From Camelus ferus (Eukaryota): DNA of 64,000 bases. The stretch covers positions 92,196,001 through 92,260,000 of the forward strand of contig NC_045697.1 of NCBI RefSeq assembly GCF_009834535.1, given 5' to 3'. How positions within the stretch are numbered: the stretch's first letter is position 1; the number at the start of each line of letters is the position of its first letter. Positions 37,201 to 51,045 of this stretch are shown in pieces. The position numbers were made by a program, and so were the translations under genes. Under the pieces are notes generated by a model. It searched no databases and was not told the origin of the DNA. It saw only the letters and a program-made list of their open reading frames with translations.

Positions 37201-38229
37201 CTGGATCCAATCTGAACTCTGATACTAGCAAGTTGTGAGAATGTTAGCATCTCACTCTATAAATCACACTTTTGGAAAAATATAGAGTGGAGTTTCGTGG
37301 TCTAAAGATCATTTTCCGCCTCAACTGTTCTTTCATTTTAGAACTGTTTACTTGAGTACAAAATTTTGAATTTGTGTAAACATGGCAAGTGCTTCCTGTA
37401 TATTGTTTAAAAACAAGTAAAACAAATGTTAGTTCTAATCCCCACAATGTGAATTTGGGTCCAATAGTAATTAGTTTCTCTGTTTAGTGTTGATTAAAAT
37501 GTACACTTTCATTGGTAGCGGTAATATAGGACTGCTAATCTGATTCTTTCATTTTTTTCACAAACTTTAACGTATTTCCTTGCAAGAGTAACTAGATAGT
37601 GGCAAAGTAAAGGCCTAATATTTCAACTTGGGTGTATGTGTGAGTAATTATATGCAACTTTTGATATATTTTGGTAATTTAGAATAAATATATTATATTA
37701 GATTTCAATTAATCAAAAAGCAAGTAATGTTTAAAGGTTATTTAAAGTACTAACTTATACTGTGTTAGTTTTAGAAAGGCATAGAAACAGCATTAATAAT
37801 TTAAAAAGTATATTGCTTATGAAGCTAAGCACTTTTATTTTTTTTATTTTTATTTTTTAAGCACTTTTAAATTGAACTGGATTTCTGGTAGAGCACTGAC
37901 CAAGAAGTCATCCTCTTAACACTTCTTCTTAGTGTCTAATACGTCTTAATGTTAAAACATTTTCCAAAAATATTTACTGATTTTATTAATAGGTAAAATT
38001 TAGTTGCATGTAAATATCAGAAGTATTTAACTTAGTTTGCAGGATTATTTGTAATTATTTGTAACTGGGTCACTCTTTAGAGAGTTATTATCCATATAGA
38101 TATGATAGAGATTGGGAAGCATTTCAAAGCAAAAAGGAAAGTGAATGGAGTTTTATTCCTACTTTAGCGTATGGAACATCCTCTCTGAAGAGGAATGGAG
38201 CTGTCCTAGCTGTCTGTGCTCATCATTTC

Positions 38230-38710
38230 TCATTTGGTTGGTTTTCTTTACAGAGCAATCTTATCCTAGATCTCGAATTTTGTTTTCAAAGCCATGTGTG
38301 AGAGACTCTTACCCCAGAGGTCCCGAATACACGACTCAGGACTCTGACGTCTCTTCTTCATCTCCCTTCAACTGCTCTTTTCAGGATCCCTCAAGCATAT
38401 GCTTCTTCAAGCACACACTTTCTTTCACAGTATGCCTTCTGCTGAGAGCATATTCCTCCCCTCTAGTCACACTTAAAACAATTTAATATTATTTTCTTTT
38501 GAAAGTTTTCCTGCAATATCCTGACCCCATCTGTGCCTTCCATTTTCTAGCCTACCCTCCATCCCAGGAGATAACTATTAGATAATTGTTATATTTGTGT
38601 TGGAGTCGTCCTTAAAATTGAGCTCCATGAGGGTATGGATTTTGTTAAATTTGCTGTCATTCAGAATAGTGCTTGATACTCATTGAATTTTTTTTAAATG
38701 AATAAGTGTT
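38230..38710 (+). mobile_element. L2 fragment
   Basis: Pyrimidine-rich body ending gagctccatgagggtatggatttt...gaatagtgcttgatactcattgaa...tgaataa. Confidence 0.5.
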
Positions 38711-41489
38711 TGTCTCCTTTCCTTGAGGCTGTGCTCTGTTCTTTGTGGAGATATTTTCTTTTATGTATTATAGAGTTGTTAGGCTTGGAGGCTTTAGACA
38801 GATACTAGATGGTTTAAGTGAGTTGACCAGAAATAAATTTTCCTGGGGGTGTTTAAGATTATGAAATACGTGAACTAGTTGTAAACCTGTATCATACTCC
38901 TAGTTAAAAAAAAGGAAAGAAAAGAAATGAAAAAAAAAAAAAAACCCTCAGAATTATTACAGGTCTAGAAACACCACAAATTGCATTGCAGTTCTGAGGA
39001 GACTGTTGTCTTATTTCTAATTATCTTTTTGAAATTCACCAAAGTGAAAATGCATGCTTAATATACCCATATAATACTTTGAGTTTACAGATGAAATACT
39101 TGCTACAGCATTTATTCTTTTTTCCTCATAGATTTCACACCCTTGCGAAAAATCCCGGGACAAGTGCTAAGTCATTTGATTTATTTAACTCTGAATTTCT
39201 TTGCTTTAGGATTATAAATCAGACTCTTATTGTCACTTTAATGCAGAAAGGGTTCCTTTGTGTTCATAATATAGATCAAGATGTGATTTAAGTTGAATCT
39301 TGTCAAGGTAACTCCTTTTTAAACCATGAGAAGAGACTTGGCTGTAGCCCAAAACTAATGGGAGTCATATTTTATAATAAAAAGCAATATGTTAGTAATA
39401 GAGACTTTGCTCCTTCTTGCAGTCTCCACAAGCACAAATTCTTGTCAGTTTTCACAGCTAATGCATTTTTTTGTCAAGTCATAAGCACTTTTAAAAAGCC
39501 TCTACTTAATATTGTAGAAGACAGAAATTCTAATTTTCCAAAGGAAGCAGTGAAAATAGAGATCTTAGCCTGGAGGAATAAGATACAAGATGCCTGACTA
39601 TCAAAGGAATCCCATTTTGAAAAGAGACCATCAGAGAGTAGAGTAGTGTGAATATAAAATTGAACAAACTTTCAAATTGAACATAAAGGGGTGTCATATT
39701 GCCAGTACTTTTCCTCTTCCCCACATTTTATAAAGGGATCCTTCAACTGATCAAATGGAAAAATATGACAAGAAGTAATTTATATTGTTCACATGTACTG
39801 TTTAATGACTCTTGGGAGAAATGAAAGCTAATTTCACTTGTGTTTGCATGTACTGCAGACACTTGTCACACATTGCTTATAGCTCTTGTAAGGCTACTTG
39901 TCTGTAATGTAGAATAGGTATTGATGTGAACTATAGCAAAAGTTTCAGGAAAGGTACTTTAACTTTCAGCTTCTGTGACTGCCAGTGTAAGAAAGCCTAA
40001 GATATTATTATGTAAAATAAAGACCAGTGTAAGCAAATTAGTCAGTTGGGGGAAAGTCACTTTAAAGTACTGATTATGTTAAGTCATCTTCCTAGGAACG
40101 GAAGTCAGTTTTATTTACTACATTTATAAATTTAATGAAAAGGAAAAGCTAATTCATTTTACAACTTTTACTTAAGGAAACTCACTTTGTTCTTCAATTT
40201 TTACGTAGTATGTGAGATTTCCAAAGCTCTTATTTGCCTATGAACTTCCCAGGTTTTCAAAGAATTTCAGTATTTCAAGGACATTCATGTAGCTTTTTAA
40301 TCTTTAGTTTTGGATTATGCAGATCCATTATGTTCACATTGTTACTCCTGTCTTCATGTGTTCCTCCTTCATGGAGGTGTCACAAGTGGAAGTGAATAGT
40401 ATTCTTTGATGTCATTGTGGCTTCCTTCAAGAAGTATCAGTGGATTCGTAGATGTGATCTTTTTCCTTTGCTCTTATGTGCTCTGGAAAATATGTTATGA
40501 CACAGATGTCTTTCTTTTTATTTTCTCCTTGATTTGTGTGATAATAATGTTCTTCATTTACATGACCAAATTCCAAATGGCACTTAAGCTGCTTTAGACA
40601 TTGTAATAAAATCTGTCACTTACCTTGTCTCATTTGGTTCTTCACAGTTTGGTTTGTAAGGTGATCAAAGTGTTTTTAATCTGTTTTCCAGGTGAAAACC
40701 CTGAGGTTCAGAAAATGTAAGTAAATGGTAAAATCAGGATATTAATTTAGGTCTTGTGGGCTTTTCAGTCTCACAAAGTTAACTCAAATTACTTTAAAGA
40801 CAAAGTCACCAACTTTTCTTAGGATCATGAACTTAATAACTGAAGTATCTCTAAGTATTAATAAGAGTAATAAGGATGAGTCCTTAAGAGAGAAAGTTAA
40901 TTTCTACAAAAATGTGCACATGTGCGTTGTTATTTTTTCTTGTTATGAGAACCATTGTTCCCAATAAAACATTATGGTAGAACTTGGAACTTATCTTTTC
41001 ACTCTACCTTTTCTTGAGCACAACTAGAGATTGTATTGAAGAAAATGTTGTTTTAGACAGAGTCTTTTATATATAACCTGGTAAGAGACACATAGTTTCA
41101 TTCACTGACAACCTGTTACTAGGACACATAATATCACTTTCCTTATCCTAGACTATTATATTCAGTGTCTTATTTAGGTCACTTCTATTGGAGTTAGTTG
41201 CTTATATTGCTTATATTAGTAATTTAAAATTATTTAATTTTTATATTCTATAATTCTTTAGACTTTTAAATTGACCATTTCTGTTCTTGAAATCAGCACC
41301 TATTATTAAAAATCATTGTGTTTTATGAAAAGAATGAGTTTTTTTGTTCCTAGATATTTGGTAATTTGGTGAATCACTTCATTTAGATCATTTAGTAAAA
41401 TGAAAGAATATCATTCATTTCAATTGTGTCTTGATTTAACCTGTCTTAAAATGTATTTGTTGTCTTTTAATATCCTCTCTAAATAATCT

Positions 41490-42430
41490 CATCCACTCCC
41501 AAGGACTCCTCTACCAGAAGTAGGCTGAGAGCTGTTGAATTTCCATCTTCAACCTAGAAACTGTCCTGATCTGCAAATTATATAGCTAGTGCCCTGCTAG
41601 ATCTCTCTACTTAGATGTCTTAAAGACAACTTAGACTAATAGACTCATGACCCCTGCATTCCCAAACTAGCCCCTCCCTCACTTGTTTTCTATCTCATTC
41701 AGTGATAAAACGATGTATACAGTTTCTGAAGGCAATGGTTTCAGAATCATCCTTCACTCCTCTCTCTTTCTCACTCCTCCTTCAGCTCTATCACCAAATA
41801 TTATTGATCTAAACCCTGTCACCTTTTTACTACCACTGCTATTGCTGTAGACCAGAGAACCACTGCCCTTTATTCCTGAGTCTAGAGATGGAGGCTTTTG
41901 GCCATGCTTCCTAATTTCTGTTCCTTTTACAGTAAGTTCCAAATGCTTAATACAGATAACAAGTATTGTTAATGTATTTTCTCTGCCCACTTCTTTGAAG
42001 TTCATCTCTCATCCCCCTCTACTTCTACACCTGTGAATGCTTCAGATCAGTGGGACATCAGTTCGTTCTACACATGCTTGCTTTTTTCACATCCAGGCAT
42101 TACAACCGGAAATTGCTTTTTCCAGAAGCTCCTCTTCTTCACCACAATATCTGCACATACGTAAGTTTACATCATCCTTTATGTATTAACTAAGTTGTCA
42201 CTTCCTTTGCTAATCTCCTCAGAGCAGATTAGGTGCCTCAGTAAATCATCTCTCCGCATCTCCTTTTATGACACTCATCAAAATTGTCATTATATGTTTA
42301 TTGCCTGTCTTTCCCCTTAGAATTTAAATTTCATTAGGGCATAGACCATTTTATTTCCTCTGCTGAATTCCTTATATCTGTCATAGGACACTCACTGACA
42401 AAGAGTGAATGCAATGAGCGTATGAGTATT
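41490..42430 (+). mobile_element. L2 fragment
   Basis: ctctacttagatgtct...catccttcactcctctctctttctcac...gcctgtctttccccttagaa...gaatgaat. Confidence 0.7.
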
Positions 42431-43709
42431 TACTGAGGAAATGAATATCATTTTGATTCTTGATTATTTGCCCACAATGCTGTCCATTTCTGAAACCATC
42501 AGCCATCTACTTTATGGACAAATATATATTTACACATTTATATTTAAGTTCTAGTACAGTATAGAATCTAGCGAAGGCCTAAAACTTTCCTTTACCTTGG
42601 GTCAATTAGAAGCCTTCTTTTGATCCTGCCATTCAGTTAGTGATAAATTTGACTTTCAAGAATTGGGACTCTTCTAAAAAGCAAATTTTATTTCCTTGGT
42701 AGTAAGCTTAGACTTTAAAAATTATTTGCCAAATATTATTAAAATTCATGAAATTAAATTGGACAGGAAATATCTAAAACCTAAAGATTATAGAAATCAA
42801 ATCACAGATTTTAAACCTCATAAATTGAGGTCACATCTGCATAGCCCACACTGATTCCACTTAGTGTTTTTTATTTTTATTTTTTGACAAATGACAGTAG
42901 ATGTATAAGTAAGACTTTTATCCAGAACAAGTCAGAAATTATTACATTTGAAAGGTTTAATTGCATTCCTTGGAGATTTTCATCTTGTGTGAATTAAATA
43001 AAAATGTACATTTTCATATTATGAAACTATGTTTTGTTATTTTCTGTGATTTTATCAAGTATACCCTGAATTCTAATCTTCATTCTGTCATAAAGTTACA
43101 TTTTATGAATCTACCAATTACAAATCATCTTGAGATCTTTAATTGCCACATAATGTTCAGAAAGGAGAGTGCCATTGACCATTTCCTTTCAAAAATGAGT
43201 GTGACGTTGCATCATAAACTCTAGAGCACATGCAGTGATCTGTAACTCATAACTACTCTGACTCTGACAAAGCTAGTGGCCCTGGGAGAGGAAAAATTCT
43301 TCACTAAATTCATGTTTATACAATCCTAATTTTAAAGAGTAATGGTGACTAGGGTACTCTCAATTTCAAAATACTAATGGATTTCCTTAGATGATAAATA
43401 TTTTAAAATTATTAAATTTTCAAAATAGAAATGAATGAATATGACAAAGCTTACTAACTTGCTCCAGTATCAGTTCTCACACTACTCTCCTTCCATACTT
43501 GTTTCATAGGGTCCATGGAAGTCCAGGTGGAGAGTACACTTCTCAGCTTCTTGTCTGTCATAAAGACAAGTCTCATGCCAGTTTCTTAAGGCAACACTGC
43601 TTCCTCTCTGTTTCTTCTTTCTTGGGGTTGATAGAGTAAGTTAGCTTCAAACTTGTAGATGGGACAATAGGAGGGCAAAGTAAAAAGTCAGAAGAAACCT
43701 GGGTCCTTA

Positions 43710-44600
43710 CCCAGTATTCCAACTCATGGGCATATATCCAGAAGGAACCCTACTTAAAAAAGACACCTGCACCCCAATGTTCATAACAGCACTATTTACA
43801 ATAGCCAAGACATGGAAACAGCCTAAATGTCCATCAACAGATGGCTGGATAAAGAAGATGTGGTATATTTATACAATGGAATACTATTCAGCCATAAAAA
43901 CTGGCAACATAACGCCATTTGCAGCAACATAGATTTTCCTGGAGAATGTGATTCTAAGTGAAGTAAGCCAGAAGAGAAAGAAAAATACCATATGAGATTG
44001 CTCATATGTGGAATTAAAGAAAAAAAAAAGTAAATACAAAACAGAAACAGACTCATAGACATAGAATACAAACTTGTGGTTGCCAAGGAAGGGTGGTGGG
44101 AAGGGATAGACTAGGAGTTCAAAATTTGTACTACTTTCACATAAAATCTATAGGAATATCAAATTTTTATATTAAGTGGATTCTTTGTTATATTTTTGAT
44201 AGAAGGACTGAAAAAATAAATCTAATACTTCAAGGGAAGTTGCATATTTAAATTAAATCAAACCACTGCATTGCTGTTTGTAATGAGGCCTGTGACAATG
44301 CACTCTGTGCAAAATGTATAATGGGCCTACTTATGGATGAAATATCAAGGGTACTTGCCCAGCTACAGTATCTACAAAATTTGTAGATACTGACAGGCAT
44401 ATGTAGAATAGATAAACAAGATTATACCGTATCACACAGGGAAATATATACAAGATCTTGTGGTAGCTCACAGCGAAAAAAAAATGTGGCAATGAATATA
44501 TGTATGTTCATGTATAACAGAAATGGTGCTCTACACTGGAATTTGACACAACATTGTAAAATGACTATAACTCAATAAAAAAATTAAAAAAAAAAAAAAA
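43710..44600 (+). mobile_element. Young 5'-truncated L1 (camelid-type 3' end) with poly(A), inserted in an older MaLR-like LTR
   Basis: ORF2 C-terminus (KDTCTPMFITALFTIAKTWKQPKCPSTDGWIKKMWYIYTMEYYSAIK), aataaa plus poly(A), 19-bp TSD gaag(a/c)aacctgggtcctta at 43691-43709 and 44601-44619. Confidence 0.95.
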
Positions 44601-47231
44601 GAAGCAACCTGGGTCCTTAGAACATCTGTGGAGAAGACTGACCCACCTAAATTGGGACTGAAACATGCAGAGAAATACAATTTGAAGGGAAACCTGTATT
44701 TTATATCTTTTTCATAATTATTTTTGATTTACTAAATAATAAAATATAAATGCATATGGATATGTACATATGCATACCCGTGTATATATGCATATGTATT
44801 TTTAAAATATGCTGGCTCATAGCTTAGGTAATGTGTTTTGTGTTAAATTAAAGGTAGAAGAAATCCATGTATTTGTAAAAAAAAGTGATATGATTAGGCA
44901 AGGGATTATCAAGGAAGGTAGACTTGATTCTTCTTCAAACTAATTAGTTTTTATTACCTTTTTTTAATGGAAAATGCTTGAGTATAGACTCCTCTGTTAT
45001 AGGAAACACAAATAGATTAAGAATTACTAACTCTAAAGTTTGTTGACTGTTCTCTTTTACTTTAGTGTTATGCAGCCCTCAGATAGAAAAAGTGATGCCT
45101 TTCTCTAAATGCCTAGGCTTGATGAAGTTATGGTTAATTGCCTTCTAGATTCCAGATGGAATTTTATTTAAAAGCATGAAGATGATATACGGGTCTAAGA
45201 ATGGCTTAATAACGTTAACTTGAATTTTAGCTCTAACTTTAGATCTCCAAATAAGTATGAATAAGGAATATTAACCATTATAATGACTTGTTTAAATTTC
45301 CTTTTCTTTATATTTTTGAAAAAAATTTTTGTAGTTGGTACGTGTAAACTTTTGTATAGAACTAATTAACATCAGTGACGTTCATAGTAATAGTTACTCA
45401 GTTAAACTGTCTTTATCCCAAAATGTTATATAGTGTGTTGGGCTTCATCCTTTCTAATCCTGCTATTGATTATTAACATGTAACTTAAGAGTCTGTGGGC
45501 GAGCCACTCATTAGTCATTCCCAGAGCATCACAATGTCATATACAAAAACAGATGTTACGTTTAGGGTCTTGCTAACTCAGGACTCTTCCTGATGCCTTA
45601 TGTTTACAACTTTAAAAGGCAGAATTTGAATTCTGATTTTATAGAGGCCAGTGTAAGCACAGTGATCTAAATTTGGCTTTCCAAATTAGTATCATTACCA
45701 GGAAGCCTGAATGCCCATAAGATGGCTGGTGACAACTTGATTGTGTTCAGACATTTCCCAAATTGGTTGCTGTGTTTGAAAACTTGGCCAAGTGAGATTG
45801 ACACGAGCTTTTCAGGGAACAGTGAGAAAAACAGAAGGCAGATCAAATTTGGGCCTGCCATTCTTTGACAGGCTTGCTTTAACTTTCTCTCCCTGAAGTT
45901 CTTTGTCTTATATTCTCTCTGCCCTGAAATTGTGACACAAACGTTATGACAAGCATGTGAAAATAGCTAGTGACTTACTAATGTCTGCTATGACTTGAGC
46001 ATCACAGAACAGCACAGGGTGGCTTCAGTGATCGCCTTTCTTTCCGAATATTGCAGCCAATCTCTTGAGCTGTCCAGAAGTGTCATATTCCTTCAGTGAA
46101 ATCAGATCAGCGCATTAATATGCTCCTCTACTTTGAAGCTCATGATTACTTCTTGAAGTAATATTTTGCTTAAACCAACTTTCCCTGAAATATAAGAATG
46201 CAAATTACTCAATTCTTGAAATTCTGTTGAAGGCTCTTTTCCAACACCCAATTTACACATGTATTGAAGTAATGGACACTTTCAACAAACAGGAGTTTTC
46301 ATTTGTTTATATTCATCTGAATAGAATTGAAAAGACAATATTGAAACAGGGTTTTTTCTTGTTGTTATGAAGTGGATCTAATAGTTAACAACCTCTTTAC
46401 AATACTAAATTTTGAATCTTAAAAAAAAAAACTTTATATTCCATTTTGGGACATGATTGCCTTTTTCTTCTGCCTTTAGTTGCTTTGTTTTGTTTTAATA
46501 AGACTGTCATTTTTGTTGGCTCATATTTGAGTACATATACAAAGGCTGTCCTTGTAGAGCTATAGCTTATTTTGTTTTTCCTTCCTTCAGAAATTGAGAG
46601 CAAGGTATTGTCAATAACAATAGTAATACGAACTTTTGAGAACAAGTCTGTCATTGCACACCATGATGGTATTGAATTTAGAAGATAAATGAGAGGAATT
46701 TTGAGGAACAACTTAATATTCTTAGAGCAAAACAATTCTTACTTATCTCTGTAGGAAATAGAAGACAGCAAATAAAATGATATCTTTACCTTCCTTATTT
46801 TTATGTTTTTGACTCTTTACTCTTCTTTCAAAAGTTTATCATCTGCCTGATCAAAGTATATATACATTTTGATTCTTACTTTTTTTCTGGTGTGAAATTT
46901 TTGTTCAGTATTACTGTTTTTTAACATCTATATTAGTATTAGGAATTTTGATTGTACTAATGTGAAATAGATTAAGAGAGCAAGTCATTTATCCAAGTCT
47001 TATGTTTCACTCAAATTATAATGAAAGAAACTGATAATGTCATGTTTCAATATATAGTTATTAATAAAAGTAGTAATAATATTTAAATTTATCCTTTTAC
47101 CATACAGAAAGCATTATACTACGTACTTTTTATATACTATTTCTTTTTAGCTTCACAACGAACCCTGACAGGGTTTTATAATTATTCTAATTTTGCAGAC
47201 AAAGAAACTAATTATTTCAGAGTTTTAATAA

Positions 47232-47332
47232 TTATATATATGTATGTATATGTGTGTGTATATATATATATGTGTGTGTATGTATATGTGTGTGTGTGTA
47301 TATATATATGTGTATATATATATATATATATA
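47232..47332. repeat. Compound (TA)n/(TG)n microsatellite within a MIR
   Basis: Directly visible; flanks ttttgcagacaaagaaact are MIR-like. Confidence 0.9.
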
Positions 47333-50300
47333 CACTAGGTAATAGAAGGTTAACATTCCAACTTTACAGAACAACCCAGAATTTATAATCATGTTTATGC
47401 CTGCTTGGCACCCATGTGACTCTTAAGCATTTGAAGACTTTCACTCTCCCTTAAGTATGCCATATCCTGAAAGTCTGATAACTACTTATTCCAAGCCAAG
47501 AAAATAGAATGGATTGACTTCCATGGTAAATATGCATTAACACTGACTTAATATCTCTGTAAAGTTTTATATAATGGCTGAAAATAGCTGTGTCTGCTGA
47601 AGAAATGATATATCTTAAGCATATTAAGTTCACACAACCAAAGATCTGTTGAGACACTGATGAGGGAATCAAATAATACATCCACATATTTTGTATCCTG
47701 TGAGCCTCCTAATAATCACACGTAATAGGAGGACACACACACACAAACTTTGTAAAATATAAGAAAACCAGGGCTCTCAGAGATCAGGTCGCTCAGTGCT
47801 AACACTTTAACACTTCGATGATGGAGAACCTCAGATTAGTATCTTATCCACAAACTGAAATGTTAGCACATTATTTAATATGGCTCTTAATGGTAGTATT
47901 TAATTAAAACAGAATTACAGAAGAGTGATCAGCATTTAACTGTTCCTAAAATAATGTGCTTTGCTGTGAATATGAATTGAGTCCTTTTGTCCTTTGTATA
48001 AAAACTATTCCACAAAATGAACGTTCACCTTCCATTTGGCAATTTGTTGTGGTTTATTTGCAGCACACCCACACATGGAGGATCATTCTCTCTTTTTATT
48101 TTCTTTAAATCATTGTCATATGCCAATGTTCTGTTGGCTAGCCACCAAAAAATATGTGTGATACACAAAGAAAATGTCTTAGTCAGCCAAAGTTCTGGAG
48201 ACAGATCTGGATTGAGTGACCTTGAACAAGTCTCTGTTTGTCTAATTACAGAGCTGTGTGAAGTTTAAGTGATCACCACACACACACAGTCTCTCTCTCT
48301 CAACTCTGTTCATGGAGCATAGTAAGTACTCGGTAGTGTTTTTATGACAGACCTTACATAAAGACTAGATTATCTCTGTGGTTGGTTTCATAATTGAGAC
48401 AAATTGTTATAATTTGTGCTATCTTACTATTAACACAAACTATCTTTCAAATGAAATACGAAACTGAAAATTTTCATTGGGAAATTAAATACATTAAAAA
48501 AGAGGGTGTAAACATTAGGTAGTAAGATCAGAAATCAGAGTGGCAGAGTTTTAGAGTTACCTCTAAATTATTTTACAGATCATTCATATTTTTCAGTAAG
48601 AAGTTAACTTTAAAATATATACAAGAAAGTACCCTTGCACTGCTGATTTCTGTTTTGGTATCAAGATCTGCCTGCCTTAGTGGACCTGACTCTCAGTATA
48701 TTTGTCAAAGTATTTGCTATGCAGTGACCATACATGTATATCCTGGATAGATGTAAGATTTCCATTGACTTGGAAATATCAAAAAAGCTTACTATATTCC
48801 AGCACTTCTGTGATTTTTTAGAACTATTTCTTAGATTTTTTAGAACTATTTCTTGTGCTAAAGTTTTGTAAGTTCTTACGTGTTTGTATTGCTGTACAGT
48901 GTATAAAAATGTTTACATGAATTACCCATATAATCCTGTAGACAGCTCAGAGTAAAATTTTATACTCTTTTAAAATTTGATGTAACTAACATTCATTAAG
49001 AGGCGTGAAGTGATCCTGTCAGGTCTTGGTAGTAAGTGCGAGGACAAAGCCTAATGCTTTCTGGCTTTATTTTCTGTGTGTCTTATTTATATCTTGCTGC
49101 TTCCTAAAAAGACCTAGAATGTAAATGGGATGCCCAGCATCCACTTAGAAGTTCAGAATGTTTTAAAGACAAAAACAGGGGCTTTGATTTACGAGTTAAT
49201 TCTTTGCTGGTTCTTTATTGGAATTTTCAATGATCCCTGTTTTATTGTGAGATAACATATAACATGAGAACTCTCAGTTCAGTTAGCCAGATGGTGCAGC
49301 CAGGAGACAGAGGGAAGACCCAAGTAGATTAAGTGTGGAGCTAGAGGCAGGCATATGATTAGAATGCAAAGCCTCCATTTTCCATCCATGTTTCTGATGC
49401 TGGGTTACTCTCTCCAAATGTTTTACTCAGTTGCCAAAAAAATCTGCATAGAAATAATACTCATTTGTGCTTGCAGCATTCATTAGTTACCCTGCATTTT
49501 CTCTGAATATCAAATACATGCTCAAGTGAGATGAGATATAAAAGCAGCAGGCAATGCAATCTAATTACCCAAGGAATAATGCTGGTTCACAGTGTAGCAA
49601 CCGAATGGCTAAACGTCAATGCCTCATATACATGTGTTTCTAATTGCTTATATTTTGGAGTTTGGTTTGGTCATCAGCTTTAAAGAACCTAATGAATTGC
49701 TTGAAACAACACTTGACTTTTTAAAATTTTACATGTGTTTGTACTTTGAACATAAATCTCATCCATCTTACTCTGAATGTCTCCATTGTAACAATCCTTC
49801 ATTGACTTGTCCTGTGATCCCTTGTACATGACCTCATATTTAATCACTCACACATTCCTTCTTCTTATACTTCCATATCCTGTTTCCTCCTCTCTATAAC
49901 TCTAACCAGCTTAACATTTATTCCTTAAGTGACAGCATGCCTCGACATATTTTTCATTGTTTACTGATTCATTTATTCAGCTGGGCTACAGGGTGTCAGT
50001 GAACTGACTGCAAGATGACACATGTAATGCTGGCAGGCAAGGCGTGGGAAAAATCGAGGGAATATGGATGGGCATTCTAGATTGTTCAGTTGAGGAGATC
50101 TGTGTTACTCAATCAATACCCTTTGCTTTAAAATTGCTCCTGGATTTATACACAGTGACACTTTCAGAGCCATATATTTCCATCTGTGCTTATAATTGCA
50201 ATTTTGATTTTTTATTTGGATTATAAACCTGTCCCAGCTGGGTTTTCTTGTGTGGCTTTATTCTCGATGGTTGAAATGAGATCGATTTAGTATTATAACA

Positions 50301-50654
50301 ATATTGCAGCTTGAAAATTTTTTGCATTCTGCCTCAGGGTAGGTGGCTTCATTTACATTTTTAAAATAAGGTATTAGAGGTTATTGATTATAAGTTGCCA
50401 TGCAGTGCAGGCTAATTTCACTTGATTCCATATACTGCAAATCTCAGCCTTTCCTCAATAGATAGTTTAAGTTTACTAAGAAGGTAGTCTGTTATAATTA
50501 TTGCCATTCAGCTTCATTTCTAACAATACACTTCTCCGCTCAGTAACTCTACTGGGCACCTTCTAAGTGCCAAACTCTGCTGGCTGCTGAGTTAGTGCAG
50601 GTGTTCTAGATATCCTTGAGTCAGTAACAACTTGGTTTATAATTTAACAGTTAG

Positions 50655-51045
50655 ATATTTTTCAGTAGTTTTCCAAATGGTCCATTTCTTCTGGGAACTT
50701 CAGAATTTCACCTCATATCTCTCTTGTCCTTGTCTGGTGTGTGAGACCAGTTTGGTCCAATAAGTTGAAGTACAAGTGTCACCTCAGGTTGAGTTTTTGT
50801 TGTTACGAGACTAGGCAGTATCTTTTTCTCCCTACTACTGAAACCAGCAATGCTCTTAAGTAGGTAGGGGCTGTTTCATTAGCCTGGTTCTTAGAGTGAG
50901 GACACTGAAAATACAGAGGAGAGCCCACAGTTTATAAATGACAGGAATTTGGTGTGAGAAGAGATGACATTTTGTTTTTTAAGTTGCTGAGGTATGGAGG
51001 AATGTTGGTTACAGCTCTGTAATCTCAGTTATCCTGATCGACATA
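50655..51045 (+). mobile_element. MLT1-type MaLR LTR
   Basis: ggtccaataagttgaagtacaagtgtcac...ttagcctgg...agagtgagga...taagttgctgagg...gttacagc...tatcctgatcgacata. Confidence 0.65.

Noticed and set aside
43726..43932. ORF with a clearly protein-like sequence
   Set aside because: It is the C-terminus of L1 ORF2 in a 5'-truncated retrocopy, not a host gene.
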